Shown: one piece after another, positions 30,901 through 38,780 of the stretch
Position numbering within the stretch: the first letter of the stretch is position 1
Layout: each line of letters starts with the position of its first letter
Virus record (IMG/VR): IMGVR_UViG_3300028388_003330
Coordinates: 16,203 to 80,202 of that record
DNA from: a virus
Strand: one strand, 5' to 3'
Length of the DNA: 64,000 bases
Made by a program: the position numbers and the translations under genes
The notes under the pieces: generated by a model
Database searches by the model: none
The model's input: only the letters and a program-made list of their open reading frames with translations
Told to the model about the DNA's origin: nothing

Positions 30901-32615
30901 ATCATTACCGGGTCGTCCGCTTTTTCAAGCGCGACCTGATAACGCGTTCCAACGTTTACGATTTGCGCATGACCAAGGCGAAGGACATACTGCAAAACAT
31001 CCCAAACGTTTGAGGCTGTATCAAAAACGCCGTTAAATACTAAAGAGTTGTCATCGCAATGATCGGCCCACTCTTGCCAAGAATCGATATCAAGACGAGA
31101 CTCATCAATTCCTCCGCCATAACGCTTGTTCGTTAATATGTCATACGTTATCCAAGCGGGATTATTCGAAGCCTCATATGTCCAAGTGCCAACGTTATTA
31201 ACATAACGACGGACCTTTATATATTTGCCACCATGCAGATATGTAACGTTGGGAATTGAATTAACTTGATCTGAGGCGCGAAGCTTGACGGCAAGTAGAG
31301 CTGTGTGTCGATATGCGACCTTGTCATTTACGATTTCAGCCACATCGTCATAATTAACGATGTCAACCGTCTGTTCATCAGAAGACGGTGCATCACTGCG
31401 CCGGACGCGAATCTCATAAAAATCTTCAACCAGTTCTGGTGAAGTAAATGTTCTTTGAACGCGAGACCTTCCGCGACCAGAAATTGTAGTTGGTTCAGTA
31501 AAGTTGCCGATTTCTAACTTTTGACCAACAATTTGAAGAGTGGTGTCATCTTGAATAAGCCCGCTATCTAAAAGTGCGGTTCCCGCTCTAAGCGATGACT
31601 CATAGGTATCGGTGTCAGTGTAATAATATTGCGTAACGTATGTGGTTACAGCGTCGAAATTATAAAGCGTTATCCACTCTGCATCCCCAAGCCGACGATA
31701 TTGACAATCTAAAGCAACTGTAACGGTTGCGACATCGCCATTATCTTTGTAATGCGCAAGACCAGCAGGCGCAGAGAAATCTACTCGAAATTGATCAATT
31801 TCGGTTGTAGTTGTGTGAACTATCCAATCAACCTCATTTAATTCGATATTCTTTGCGTGCTCGGTGATATTCTGATTAAACCAAGGAATAACGGTCTGAC
31901 CGCCTGTACCCGGACGTACAGCAGTTTCCCAATCACTGAAATTTTCGATGGGTTGATCATTCAGTTTAATTTCCCCAACGCCAGCAATTGGACCTTCGCC
32001 AGCATTGAGAAGCATGTAAAGAATTTGATCATCGCCAGAATTAACCGTATGCAACGCAATTCGGTTTCCAGCGACTCTAAAGCGCCCATAAACCAAAGGA
32101 ATAGGCACTTCTTCAGATGATGTGTTTTTGGGGCCTGCGAATCCATAGGAGGGACTATCGTCCGCATCTTGGAAATTCTTCGGCATAATTGGCTTTATTG
32201 GCAACAGCGTATTGATCAGCAAACCGCCAATCATCGTGATGCCAGCGGTATACGCATAGCCGATGCCCGTTAGTGCCCCTGCAGCGGTTGCCCCACCCGG
32301 AAGCGCAAGAGCAATTTGGGGAGCAAAAATCGCAACAGCGAGAAACGCAACCAAGCGGAGAATGTTTTTGTCGTCACCGCCCTGCGGAACAGGACAAACA
32401 ACGATACTATCACCCGCCCTGACAGGAACCGAGTAAATTTCCTGCTCAGGAACTAAAGCGCCGTTAAGAGAAACAACAATCTCTTTGTAGGGCGAAGAAA
32501 TGTATTCACCGAGATTCTTGCCTGACGACCATTCGGGCTTACTACGCGTATAATCCCGTGGATCAAACGGGTTGTTAATTACGGTGAGAAAAATTGTTTC
32601 AGTTTTCACCGACAT
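18951..32615 (-). CDS. Giant tail-tip/host-specificity protein: gpI-like N-terminus, gpJ hub, FN3 domains, coiled coil, DUF1983-like region, several carbohydrate-binding modules, ILEI-like and LamG domains
   Basis: 4554 aa with PLVYG, GEGPI, NNPAW..YD.LTN.RYG and FN3 repeats. Follows the NlpC/P60 gene. Confidence 0.9.
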   Translation of the reverse strand: MSVKTETIFLTVINNPFDPRDYTRSKPEWSSGKNLGEYISSPYKEIVVSLNGALVPEQEIYSVPVRAGDSIVVCPVPQGGDDKNILRLVAFLAVAIFAPQIALALPGGATAAGALTGIGYAYTAGITMIGGLLINTLLPIKPIMPKNFQDADDSPSYGFAGPKNTSSEEVPIPLVYGRFRVAGNRIALHTVNSGDDQILYMLLNAGEGPIAGVGEIKLNDQPIENFSDWETAVRPGTGGQTVIPWFNQNITEHAKNIELNEVDWIVHTTTTEIDQFRVDFSAPAGLAHYKDNGDVATVTVALDCQYRRLGDAEWITLYNFDAVTTYVTQYYYTDTDTYESSLRAGTALLDSGLIQDDTTLQIVGQKLEIGNFTEPTTISGRGRSRVQRTFTSPELVEDFYEIRVRRSDAPSSDEQTVDIVNYDDVAEIVNDKVAYRHTALLAVKLRASDQVNSIPNVTYLHGGKYIKVRRYVNNVGTWTYEASNNPAWITYDILTNKRYGGGIDESRLDIDSWQEWADHCDDNSLVFNGVFDTASNVWDVLQYVLRLGHAQIVNVGTRYQVALEKADDPVMMFNVGNIVEKSFKMTWLPMTDRANEIEVTYFDSENDYERTTLKVRDPSLLPTDDVKTARITLFGCTDKQQAVNEAVFQLNLNKYITKSITFDAPVESIACTVGSQILVQHNLPNWEYSGRLEANSTVSVVNLDQEVELLDGITYRLLINYDKISRATGTVSGVAVGGGIVWLNSYDGNTNVTRAVINGVDHRIRRVVYDDGSGNYGVEIENTIGIVAGHDYTIYDTDVIIERDITNAPGLTSSVTVASSLGSAPPKYAKFMLGPVTLVKRPFRVIAINGSGHEVRTIRAIEYNSAIYNVDNNIELPIYEAPQQIGQVVDLGVYQEYEKIGNSYLPVANLYWSYPASGVYGGADIHMSVDGAPYEKVGQVDMRTLEYRHRIPVGVSVFFKVVAFDIVGRRATFAGAPTIAFSSTARPDVTTPTNLTATAIGTIVSLSWTPPTGIYDEIVVYRSASDDNGTAVEIGRTKEATFTDAAVNQGISYFYWVKAVTTDGVYSDFNAVNGTQVAPPGQVQNLGLVSPFISDRFTVRWDELEEAYDYEVQVEINSAVVRISYTGDPSYTYTWADAQNDGQINRSITVRVKARLYSGTTGSSASIIVTNPQISSAPSNLFVNNAETQYAAGWDRVGDVDVGGYIVCASQTIGFTPNINTNKVYEGTGNGCLITANNGETWYVRVAAYDIWGKDNLTFSSEVSVVIEDFGITLADLQGQISESELTASLNSRINLIDTPTTGLDDRTTDLEGAVDTLQTQVAALEGTPDFDANTEYFVDDIVAYNGSLYRCIQDTTAVFPPSPLPTDTAYWTKIGDYSSLGDAVAAHSIAISDLETTVEDSERGVVANANRLDAVQASIDDSETGLSASAQAIDNLETTVYIDQAGTLSSHTQAIQALEATASNSGNLIFQETWEDANALNYWITRQGTGELSIQTAADSYMGGKFLRIGDNSGDDLHWLAHNSLIPFDPERIYKWTVIIRRTAGTGTFYAGFEGIASDGTTYVNINGDNVFNNQHYHTTGGGKSTIAATWEVITGYTKGYGSPLGDYSGASTAEAPHLAHENVRYMRPVFIANYGGVAGTTEVGAIMLEDATADYAIDTRASITYVDDAIADEQQARATALTQLDTDYKAADAGLQTNIDAKASITYVDDVISDEQQARATALSQLDADYKAADSLIADDVTDLQNGVPIGDFDKVSLPAVETVYNVDLKIHNGSGTTAAFKIFEYTNTGNYHGLALSGRVRYGTRAGRQDNSADVDISVFTNSNGLVHDGIGTFVGTAVYRWRNDVEIPDRLAVYHDPTANKTTIYVLNLENAKEIAGRVQVSVYGVVGNSWIDTRQDAVADAIGDHTYTPAGYEVVPVYSDWGYNDLSSSKASITYVDTAVSNETTARATAISQLETDYQTADDGLQADIDLKASITYVDDVISDEQTARAESIQQLSALTDVRSDEPSYINAQALTSPRVVLGSSGDQTIRIAALEDGTYIYQNSVETAGPLDAMSVITRTASLGDIFTANKPTQFELQDRGDQVPAFSDCGRYFGHYYNRYSPVTLYFYAVSGSAVVKINNAGTPLYDFSSPTATVTVPSGTVQTWSTTVTEPAFVIIESSSDIVAFAEGNAGDYTCLLPMAREILAARYTSVIYDSVNSSYEKTSLGNSHYITSPGLVQTTAIGDSAGGDCEPAISTKMLGDTYLIAHNVSDYVVAAVEPCVITVIDSTGVVATHDLSYASRDNVGKVEVGNIGGVDPTLYSGPVRFEGTAPFMLRLNNLSDDEYVARGMRRALRDYDGLGIAAVQREAKARADKDGLLSSEYTVKVEARAADGKTAIAGIGLSVENDQSGTTSSEVAILANQFSILDPNGVDVSVPFIVRNGVVYIDETYIQDGTISTAKIGDYIQSLNYTPTSGWRIDKSGSAEFSQITIRDSSGNIVLQSGGKINWDGINFSGGSVLDLDYTGALNANYITNTSELTDGAGLGDTANWDGVSGVPVALNRAALGSMHTGGFGDVRLLKNELGDGSANPGEIRITGTTFYHPDGTKRSITNDTQLNTAWEGGIKQDPFYIIYTDESPNTRFANNFGTAVEFFGAIYDIDTDTWQAVDNGNVKYTFTPLDTDCIVAIGRKWTTAAGTGIDVLSSLIATNTNLPADGATVGADFNSNVTNIPYDSIYTNDDSVALGFNPTFSDWPDGQTRPTGWNSYGVGTPVKETTLRRIGPYAVKFVVPAATNFGIVRTVSFYDTPLPADTFVSGAFDIYIENYVAGGRPGILVDLFYNTSGSYRRTPFTAPLTTTGWQKVPFTARLNPGEQIYRLQIHLMASYTGMSGGQFQGTVIFDNLRFAFFDKSIDNTVIELADDGTLSGAGGGKVTILGLGYTGELDADNTYNNSAGSGVNIADYRCSVFEDIFPTLVPVRATVSYDDTISYFGGHSLKISATDNDGYVLLAENASDWNVIIEPGKVWLFSCYVRSSLANSAVQLRAVRNSDGTTPGGSFTCAATPGDWKRITWTLDLSADTSTRLRLRIDNDGGAGCDLWVDGIMFEERVGALSNPSSYAIPGGGTTLYDDLSGTPTSLSEISTAEGTKLTNIEDGATVGQTKQEWYDALEAAFAAGSTLFTTGAINDSIPMSTTIASADTWTFNCPVAGKIIIGVLIRDAEGGVQLALNGTTIGANLHYNEVSSQPDNTSWWFYRVGDAVEGTNTIAIWASNADGAATENIVVKATPAWDVSAVSGMLPNWNLSINGPDGKPAGIEAVESTNSKAAFAWGDSTKTWMRISHANDASVAYGWPAIPIDDKQTYEVTIRHRAESVGTTGLYLRFNEKSSALAEGKTHIGAGGTSALTDTRTTFVSVYNNGQYPGTTWQEDTYTYTPTAGAKFASFAVYHWTATSRYYDVDAVQIRPIGGYEKGATVGATWGTNLDNMPPDEQLLNKYAPMGYNFCGDPGFIKYASGDTSFWNVTGGATVSATGAEDGGPCWQVVNPTATAYGQTCYTNRGEYIPLLQGEKLYCRARVYFSTDYNGTGFRIELNEKTSAGASTAVGSWPDLVSDDGGVTKGQWYWLEGSAAALQPDCRQVSVQIIVGACTGTVKVSHVEVSRVQPEATVGADWTANLSGRPLMYRVVTKGNQATYSAHGHGLYDEDDTQIQGIGRSYTMVVFNRTTGLRESGQTYDVYGSVANATTMAAALNALDNTKIVVVYGFDEPENNRLANGLDAAMYRCGASKAVYGSTNLFKNRSAYVLIGIPGCGEGNGFEAYAGEVDDDPDAWLDIPFSIYKGAPLVSALAKTNSSIYDLDYVGELDADSTYNNTAGSGVNIANYRYSVFENIFPTLAKASTATVSLDATVSYFGGHSLKIAATGDNGYVFLSDGATNYNIPIEPGKVWLFSCYVRSNTANAAVQLYTRRQLNDTYLGYNFTCAATPGDWKRITATIDLSADTTSTRLLLRVDNEGGAGCDVWFDGIMFEERVGALSNPSTYAIPGGGTTEYDDLSGTPTSLSEISTAEGTKLNNIEDGATVGADFWDNFTGYPDSLPNPTKLAGRWSFATDYSDDDSGEFKDATAKLGYVTLSNGANSVSVVQANLGKGVQIDSAGVKLAKNVDTAYATYPQQSWVFVFKAPSTPPPSGARIVTRDLSDGWGVSTSESTYDGNGKMNVSLAFGNPSTLTDAIYQDEWHCLIVTFDKDANELHYYMFHADGSYQTSTLGTTSSFTTTARAVAIGGNSEGDWDTSSLGSGVYYGGIFSEARYYREFWNRDQAWNMARACLQSAGSESGTFAFIDEINQSNVSTVIAAGAIGDAYIGNTIQSTNFVNVTSGWWINKNGNAQFNDIYARGNIEASSLKADSLEIVERGHIAELAVGTLQIDELAVTTLKIADRAVTIPTTNKFTTLTTVANTWTEYGYLTYTATGNEALITVSMRMVISSANGDGYDSLYMDLKRDDVHIYGGTQIARYREGGGDFITFVYMDVPPAGTRRYSVDLYVSNTYESGRNDIEVKVDDLIISALEVKK

Positions 32616-32973
32616 ACTCGTATACGCCCATTATTTTATTAGACCAAACGCTCAAAGGCTCAATTACTACACCGCCAGACTTTTCCCATGTGTGAATAAA
32701 CTTACCATTACCGATAAAGTAACCCACATGAAGATTGCCCGGTACGCGAAACAAAATTGACGCACCCTCTTTTAATTCACAAGTTTTCCACAGATGAAGA
32801 TTACCCATCATCATGGCAGTAATCTCCGCGCCGTTTGAGGAACTTGGAAAATCTTTAATTTCAATGCCACGGCGTCGATGCAGAAGCATCAATAAACCAT
32901 AGCAGTCCAGCGCATTTTCATCGCGACCGCCATAAGCGAATGGAATGCCAATGAGATCTGCGTATTGTGACAT
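32599..32973 (-). CDS. NlpC/P60 tail-assembly protein (gpK-like)
   Basis: GIPF.YGGR....LDCYGL and HVG...G..FIH motifs. Confidence 0.85.
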   Translation of the reverse strand: MSQYADLIGIPFAYGGRDENALDCYGLLMLLHRRRGIEIKDFPSSSNGAEITAMMMGNLHLWKTCELKEGASILFRVPGNLHVGYFIGNGKFIHTWEKSGGVVIEPLSVWSNKIMGVYEYVGEN

Positions 32974-32991
32974 TTATTTAGCCATCGCAGA

Positions 32992-33612
32992 TCAATACTG
33001 ATTAATGCCGGGAAAACCGCCAAAGTTAAGATTATTATCATGCGCGGAGCAGCCATTTGGGCCATCAAGCGTGTAATCGCATGATTCCATGACACCAGAA
33101 TAACCACACTCTACGCTCTTATATGCCCAAGAGCATCGGCTTTTGATTTGTCTGCGACGCGGAAACGCCAAAGCAAGATGTGACTCCGTGCCAAGCGTCC
33201 ACTTAACCACATAGTCATCAACGTCAGCCGAGATAACACGAAATGTCTCAACAATCTCCGGGTCACCATCAAGATTCCCGGTATTGATAACCATGAGACG
33301 TACAACAAACCCCACACCACCGCCATAACCTTCCATCCGTTGCTTAATATCGCCAGTAAGGTCTTGAATGGTTAGGGTGACACTACTCTCTTCACCGGAT
33401 TCGGAACGAAGATCCGGAGTAAATGGGAAGGCAGTGTAAGTTTGACCGTTGAAAACGATATCCTCGTTGTTGTTAACGAGATACAGCGTTTCAATTAGCG
33501 TGCCGTTTGATTCGGTGACATCGATCTCAACCGCCGCTAGGAACGGAATATCCGAATCTATTCGGTTCTTTTCTTCAACGGTTGCAACAGAGATGTGGCT
33601 AGAGGATTTCAT
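32992..33612 (-). CDS. Minor tail protein (gpL-like)
   Basis: C-terminal CSW.YK..ECGY...C.....GC..H....FGGFP Fe-S motif. Confidence 0.85.
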   Translation of the reverse strand: MKSSSHISVATVEEKNRIDSDIPFLAAVEIDVTESNGTLIETLYLVNNNEDIVFNGQTYTAFPFTPDLRSESGEESSVTLTIQDLTGDIKQRMEGYGGGVGFVVRLMVINTGNLDGDPEIVETFRVISADVDDYVVKWTLGTESHLALAFPRRRQIKSRCSWAYKSVECGYSGVMESCDYTLDGPNGCSAHDNNLNFGGFPGINQY

Positions 33613-33619
33613 AGGGAAA

Positions 33620-33648
33620 AGTATCTAATTGATGACTTATGGTGTCAA
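33620..33648 (-). promoter_or_regulatory. sigma70 promoter TTGACA-N17-GATACT with operator in the spacer
   Basis: Read directly from the sequence. Confidence 0.65.
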
Positions 33649-33654
33649 GCCGCA

Positions 33655-34020
33655 TCAAACCTCACGAAGCTTGATGCTCGTAACATCAAAATAATGCGTA
33701 CCACCGACGCCCTTATACTTAAAATCCATTTCCTCTTCAAAGCGAACTGTGACCTCTTCAAGCGTTGTCGGAATCGTCCATGTAAAGCTCTTAGAGCCGC
33801 CCAACTGCGTGTTCCAGAACGTTTCCAGTAGCGCTCTATCCGCCTCTGAGATCTGCGTAAAACCCGTTTTAAACACTCTACGAGGGCGTCGCGTGTATCG
33901 TGGGCGAGTTAGTTGATAGCCGCCATCGGTACTGGTTCGAATTGCGGGGTCTTCTTGACTAACCTCGAAATATTTCGAATCTTCCTTGGATGTCATTCCA
34001 GCAGGAGGGAAATCACTCAT
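33655..34020 (-). CDS. Distal tail protein (gpM-like)
   Basis: GGY...RPR...F.W..P pattern, following the tape measure gene. Confidence 0.8.
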   Translation of the reverse strand: MSDFPPAGMTSKEDSKYFEVSQEDPAIRTSTDGGYQLTRPRYTRRPRRVFKTGFTQISEADRALLETFWNTQLGGSKSFTWTIPTTLEEVTVRFEEEMDFKYKGVGGTHYFDVTSIKLREV

Positions 34021-37000
34021 CGCACTGCACCCCGAAGACCATCACGGAAACCACCAGGACGATTAGCGGCTTCCAATACAACGTCAAGAATCATCTGTCG
34101 CCCATCAAATTTAGTCTGACCTTGATTGGCTTTAACAGGCTGTCCGCTTTGATTGATGACATTCACCTGAACATTAGGAACCTGTTGACCGGTTAGCGTA
34201 ACAGGGATGTTCTTGCCGTCAGGCAAAGGAACGTAGGCTTCGTTCATACGCCCTTCGCCAAATAGCGCCAACTGCGGACTGTCTGCGATACCGCCACTAG
34301 CGTATGAACGCAATGGCAACTTACCCGCAGGCGTCATAATGCCACCATCTGCGAATACAGGCGTTGGACCGCCGCCAAGACTAGAACTACCAATGAAGCT
34401 TCCGCCAAAGTCTGAAGCGCCAAACATTCCAGATACAGCACTCGAAAGAGCCGAAGTCAACGGCCCAACAATGTTTTTCTGAATCTGCAGTCGAATCAAT
34501 TCCCTGAGCATGGAAGTGATAAGATCGGCAAATTCAAACTTACCGGTTTCAACGAAATCCATAATGGCGTCGGTTGCGTTATTCGCAAAATCCACCCACG
34601 CCTGCTCCATTTCATCCGTAATATCCTGCCAATCACGGTTAAGAGCTTGGATCGCGGTTTCGGTGTCGCGCATATACTGATCTCTGAGCGCATCAAGGAG
34701 CCCATACAGTTCGCGCTGCATGGCAACCTGCGCTTCAGAGTCACCTTCAAAATCAAGAAGGCGCTGTTCCAGTAATTCCTTTTCGTACTCGTATTCGGCT
34801 CTGCGCATCTCACGCTCTGTGAGTAGCCCTTGTCGAATAAGTCGTGCTCGTTCTTTGAAATTGAAGGCGTCCTGTAAAGCTTTCCTATCCTGCTCTATCG
34901 TCAAGCCTTCCTGTAGTTCGCTGCGCAGTTCAGCGATTGCAGCTTCCGCCGCAGGACTCTTGGCAACTAGCGCATCCAGCCATTCAATCAACCCGCGAAT
35001 ACGAGCCTCAACCGCAGTTTCATTGTTATAGCCAGACTCTAACTGACGGCGCATTTGCAACATTTTTTGCAAACCCGCCTCATTGCTTTTCTGTGTGCTA
35101 TCAACAAGTTGGGTAATCTGAGTCGCCTGACGACGAGCCTCAATGGCGGCCTTGTAGGAGTTTTCCGCCTCTAAAACTTTCTCTTTTGCCTTATCCCAGG
35201 CTTTCGGATCACCAAGCAGTTGAACACCGGCTTTTCCAAACTGACCACTCTCAAGCATGAACTGGAACTTGGCAAGTTCGCCGTTCATTCCAGCCAGTTC
35301 TGCCTTAGCATCAATCGCTTTGTTCGCGAGACTATTCAGATAGGTTTCCAGCTTGTTGGCTTTCTTTTCTTCACCAGCGGAATCGGTAATAAAGACGTTA
35401 GCCAGCTCCATTGCCTTAAGTTCGCGAGCAGACTGTTCGCGGTGCTCTAGATACATCTCGCGCTCTACCGATAAACGCGCCTCAAGCTTTTTAATGCTAT
35501 CTTCTGCGCCTTGTTTACGCGCAGTCTCTAAAGCGGCTTCCGTTTCTTTCATCTCGCTAAGATATGCTTCGCCCATTTTGGCGTACATGGTCCTAGCGAT
35601 GTTGATCATGTTGGTTTTGTGCTGCTCGTTGGTAATCTCTTTTCTACGCAAGAATTCATCTTGAATTGCAGCGGTTGTCTGATATGCGTTCTTAGCCTCA
35701 ACAAGTTGTTCAGACATTGCCTGACGGGCGTTTCGTTTTTCCCGAGTAGTTACTTGTCTAGAAAACGCCTCTTCGATTTGCGCAAATTTAATCCTAGCAT
35801 TCAGATACTTAGACCGAAGATCGGCAAGCTTTCGCATATCATCCTGACTTTTAGCGGTTCCATCGCGCTCTGCCTTTTCGATTCGCGTAAGAACGCGATT
35901 ATACTCACCTTCAATCTCGTTAAGAGCCTGTTTGGCTGTCACCACATCTTGTGAAGAAACAAAATTCAGATCCATTTCGCTGATGGTTTCTTCAGCCGTT
36001 TTAGCGGCGGAATCCAACGCATAGAAAAGTGTGGTGAACGCAATGAGAATCGGCGCTACGAGCCCCAGAGCAGATACCAAACCTCGGATTGCAAAGGTGA
36101 ATGCGCCTATAGCAGCGGTTGTGGCGCTCAACGCGGTTGGAGCGGTCCTAATCGCAAACATCGCAACGCTTACATCTACGGCAAACTTTTTCATTGCCAT
36201 GCTAGAAGCGGCAATAGCGGGCACTACCGAAGCTCGTAATGCTCTGGAGAAATTCAACAGAGTGTTTATAGCAAAGGCGGTCGCTAACGCCTTGCCAAAC
36301 ACCTTTATGGCATCCCAGTTATTGACAAGGAAATCAATGAATGATCTTAGACCTCTAACCATTGCAGCAAGAGCCTGACCAATGTTCTCTGCGACAGATT
36401 TAAACTGCCCGTCGGCAAAAGCGTTAATCAGACTTTGAAATTCTTGTTTTGCGGCATCGAAGAAACCCGCTTGACCCACATCGTTCAAGAACACCATCCA
36501 CTGTGTTCTCATCTGTTGCGTCATCCCGATCCAAGTAGACATCAGTTCAAAGGCAGCGCCTTCATAGTTACGACGGAACTCGCCGAACATCTTCTCAAGC
36601 GCCGACATTGACTCAACCGTACCCTTTGAAATGGCGTTAACCAATTCTCGGAAGGTCATGTTCATGGAACGGGCAAGCAATTGAATAGCTCTCGGAACAG
36701 CTTCACCCAACTGCTGCCGAAGTTCTTCCATTGAGATGACGCCCTTACCCGCCATCTGCTGAATAGCGATAGTGGCTCGGTGTAGGATCTGATCGTTTCC
36801 ACCGAAACGTGCTACCGAATCAAGAAGCGCCTGCATGCTGCCATTGGTCGGATCGATGCCAACAGAGCGGAATTTAACAAAGGTGTTGCCAAGCTCGTTG
36901 AGTGAGAACGGAGCCTCTTGCGCTTTTGTGATCAACCATTGAAGGTTCTCACCGGCTTCTTTTACACGCTCAGAAGCGGTTGCCGCCTCCGACATACCCT

Positions 37001-37295
37001 CAAGAAGCTTGCCCATACGCTCAAGCGTGGCGTTGGCATCAATAATCTGCTGCTGCCAATCCCAAACAACAGCACGCATGTTAACCAGCGCATGACGAGC
37101 AAGACCGGTGATTGTAACGAAATCACGCATCTTCCCTGAAAAACTAGTGACATGCCGCTCCATGCGACGCACAGAGTTGGCAGTCCTGTCGAGATTGACG
37201 CCAAGGGTTCGAACCGTTTTACCAGCAACTCGGGTGCGCTCAACAAAACCACTGTCGTTAAGCTCAAGCTCTACTTTGATTCTGCTGGTAGCCAT
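34017..37295 (-). CDS. Tail tape measure protein
   Basis: 1092-aa helical protein with IQQMAGKGVISMEELRQQLGE tape domain and FADGG/GEG..EAYVPL C-terminus. Confidence 0.92.
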   Translation of the reverse strand: MATSRIKVELELNDSGFVERTRVAGKTVRTLGVNLDRTANSVRRMERHVTSFSGKMRDFVTITGLARHALVNMRAVVWDWQQQIIDANATLERMGKLLEGMSEAATASERVKEAGENLQWLITKAQEAPFSLNELGNTFVKFRSVGIDPTNGSMQALLDSVARFGGNDQILHRATIAIQQMAGKGVISMEELRQQLGEAVPRAIQLLARSMNMTFRELVNAISKGTVESMSALEKMFGEFRRNYEGAAFELMSTWIGMTQQMRTQWMVFLNDVGQAGFFDAAKQEFQSLINAFADGQFKSVAENIGQALAAMVRGLRSFIDFLVNNWDAIKVFGKALATAFAINTLLNFSRALRASVVPAIAASSMAMKKFAVDVSVAMFAIRTAPTALSATTAAIGAFTFAIRGLVSALGLVAPILIAFTTLFYALDSAAKTAEETISEMDLNFVSSQDVVTAKQALNEIEGEYNRVLTRIEKAERDGTAKSQDDMRKLADLRSKYLNARIKFAQIEEAFSRQVTTREKRNARQAMSEQLVEAKNAYQTTAAIQDEFLRRKEITNEQHKTNMINIARTMYAKMGEAYLSEMKETEAALETARKQGAEDSIKKLEARLSVEREMYLEHREQSARELKAMELANVFITDSAGEEKKANKLETYLNSLANKAIDAKAELAGMNGELAKFQFMLESGQFGKAGVQLLGDPKAWDKAKEKVLEAENSYKAAIEARRQATQITQLVDSTQKSNEAGLQKMLQMRRQLESGYNNETAVEARIRGLIEWLDALVAKSPAAEAAIAELRSELQEGLTIEQDRKALQDAFNFKERARLIRQGLLTEREMRRAEYEYEKELLEQRLLDFEGDSEAQVAMQRELYGLLDALRDQYMRDTETAIQALNRDWQDITDEMEQAWVDFANNATDAIMDFVETGKFEFADLITSMLRELIRLQIQKNIVGPLTSALSSAVSGMFGASDFGGSFIGSSSLGGGPTPVFADGGIMTPAGKLPLRSYASGGIADSPQLALFGEGRMNEAYVPLPDGKNIPVTLTGQQVPNVQVNVINQSGQPVKANQGQTKFDGRQMILDVVLEAANRPGGFRDGLRGAVR

Positions 37296-37299
37296 TGTC

Positions 37300-37623
37300 T
37301 TACCCCGTTTTCGCCATTCTCTTCAGTTCTGACCAACCCTCTGTGTCGAGCTTTTCTTCCTGTTTCACCACCGACGCAAGCTCAACCTCCAGAGTCTTCC
37401 GGAATTCTTTGGCGGCTTCAGGGTGATTAGAGTGAACGTTTACAGACAGCGACCGTATGTCAGATTCCGCCATGACACGCGTAATTTGCCCATTAAGGCT
37501 CCAAAACGCTTTGACGGGCATGTTCATGACATCGGCGTAATTGGCATGGAAGAAGTGCATGTACCGCGCCAGCAGAAAGGAGAAATCGACTTCTTCGACG
37601 GCGCTGTCATTTTTCAGTTTCCC
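37300..37623 (-). CDS. Tail assembly chaperone T segment, expressed by -1 frameshift
   Basis: The -1 frame is open from the slippery site GGGAAAC (37623-37617) into MHFFHANY. Confidence 0.75.
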   Translation of the reverse strand, partial: GKLKNDSAVEEVDFSFLLARYMHFFHANYADVMNMPVKAFWSLNGQITRVMAESDIRSLSVNVHSNHPEAAKEFRKTLEVELASVVKQEEKLDTEGWSELKRMAKTG

Positions 37624-37922
37624 TTGGGGGATTCCTCTTCGCCAACCTGCTCGCCTCGGGCGAAATCAAGAATCGCCGTAAGTTGAGAAAGATTAAGCGC
37701 GTCAAGCTTTTCTTTCGGGCAAGTTGGAAAGCGCCGCTGAATCATCTCAATACTGAGCCTTACCTGCTCAGACAGCGGCATATCCTCATCCATAAGACTC
37801 TCGTTGCTTGTTACTTCAACGAATTCCTTGACCGACATTTCGACCATCGGGTACTCGACACCGCCGAGCACCAGAGCACGTTCCTCACCTGCGAAATCAT
37901 CAAGGTTCAGCAATTTAGCCAT
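37614..37922 (-). CDS. Tail assembly chaperone (gpG-like)
   Basis: Lies between major tail and tape measure genes and ends AAG GGA AAC TGA. Confidence 0.8.
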   Translation of the reverse strand: MAKLLNLDDFAGEERALVLGGVEYPMVEMSVKEFVEVTSNESLMDEDMPLSEQVRLSIEMIQRRFPTCPKEKLDALNLSQLTAILDFARGEQVGEEESPKGN

Positions 37923-37945
37923 TGCTTTTACTCCGTTAGAGTTAC

Positions 37946-37967
37946 AGCCCCTCCTAATGGAGGGGCT
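37946..37967 (-). terminator. Hairpin downstream of the major tail gene
   Basis: AGCCCCTCC-TAAT-GGAGGGGCT. Confidence 0.55.
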
Positions 37968-37979
37968 TGGTTAGGGCGA

Positions 37980-38780
37980 TCAAGCAGCAGCCGGATCACC
38001 GAACTTGAACAGAAGGTCGTTGTTGGTGCTGTCGGGATAGCCCGTGAATTCGACGTTGTAAACGCGTTCTTCGTCGAGCTTATACGCGAAGGAAACGGCA
38101 CCAGCGGTCGCTGCCAGCGGAATGATCAGATCTTCAGATTGATCAGTCACAGGCAGCGAAACCGGATGGATAACCAGTTCCTTAGCGAGAGACAGCAGAT
38201 CAGTACCAACACCGTTGGTAACGTCTACACGCTTGGCACCGGCAGCGGCGGGCGTTGTTTCAACAGCGGCAAGCGTTCCGCCACTGACTGTAACGGTAGA
38301 GGTTACGCCAGATTCACGACCGGTCAGAACAAGAGAAGACCCGCCAGAGGCATCGGCAATCATAGGGGCAGCGCCCGACAGATTGATGCTCGCCTCAAGA
38401 CCATCAAGAATCTCGGCTTCATCCGGAGTACCGCTAGCCTCATAGCTGTAAGCAACTCCATCAATCGTAACCGTGTAAGTTGTCGGAACAGGCCCCGCTT
38501 CATCAAGAGTGTAAACCTGCTTGGTTCCGCTATCTACGAGAGTGGCACCCGGCATGATACGAACCATGTTTTCAACGGTTGTTTCAGCCAGAGGGGCTGT
38601 AACGACAATCGAACGCTTGGTAATGAGTTCGTTAATCTCCGACTCACCAAACTGATCAACCATCACCTTATAGGTGTCAGTTGTAACCTCAACCTCTACG
38701 CCGCCTTTGGTATAGCCCAAATCCACGCCGTCGAACCTGATGTTACATACACCCAATTTCACATTTTGAGTTGATGCCAT
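37980..38780 (-). CDS. Major tail (tube) protein
   Basis: VKLG.C...F.GVDLGYTKGGV.V pattern and position. Confidence 0.88.
   Translation of the reverse strand: MASTQNVKLGVCNIRFDGVDLGYTKGGVEVEVTTDTYKVMVDQFGESEINELITKRSIVVTAPLAETTVENMVRIMPGATLVDSGTKQVYTLDEAGPVPTTYTVTIDGVAYSYEASGTPDEAEILDGLEASINLSGAAPMIADASGGSSLVLTGRESGVTSTVTVSGGTLAAVETTPAAAGAKRVDVTNGVGTDLLSLAKELVIHPVSLPVTDQSEDLIIPLAATAGAVSFAYKLDEERVYNVEFTGYPDSTNNDLLFKFGDPAAA

Noticed and set aside
37683-38774. Long antisense ORFs (also 8097..8924, 42168..42920, 48260..49114 and 60737..61516)
   Set aside because: These are shadow frames opposite well-supported genes and show no motifs or RBS.
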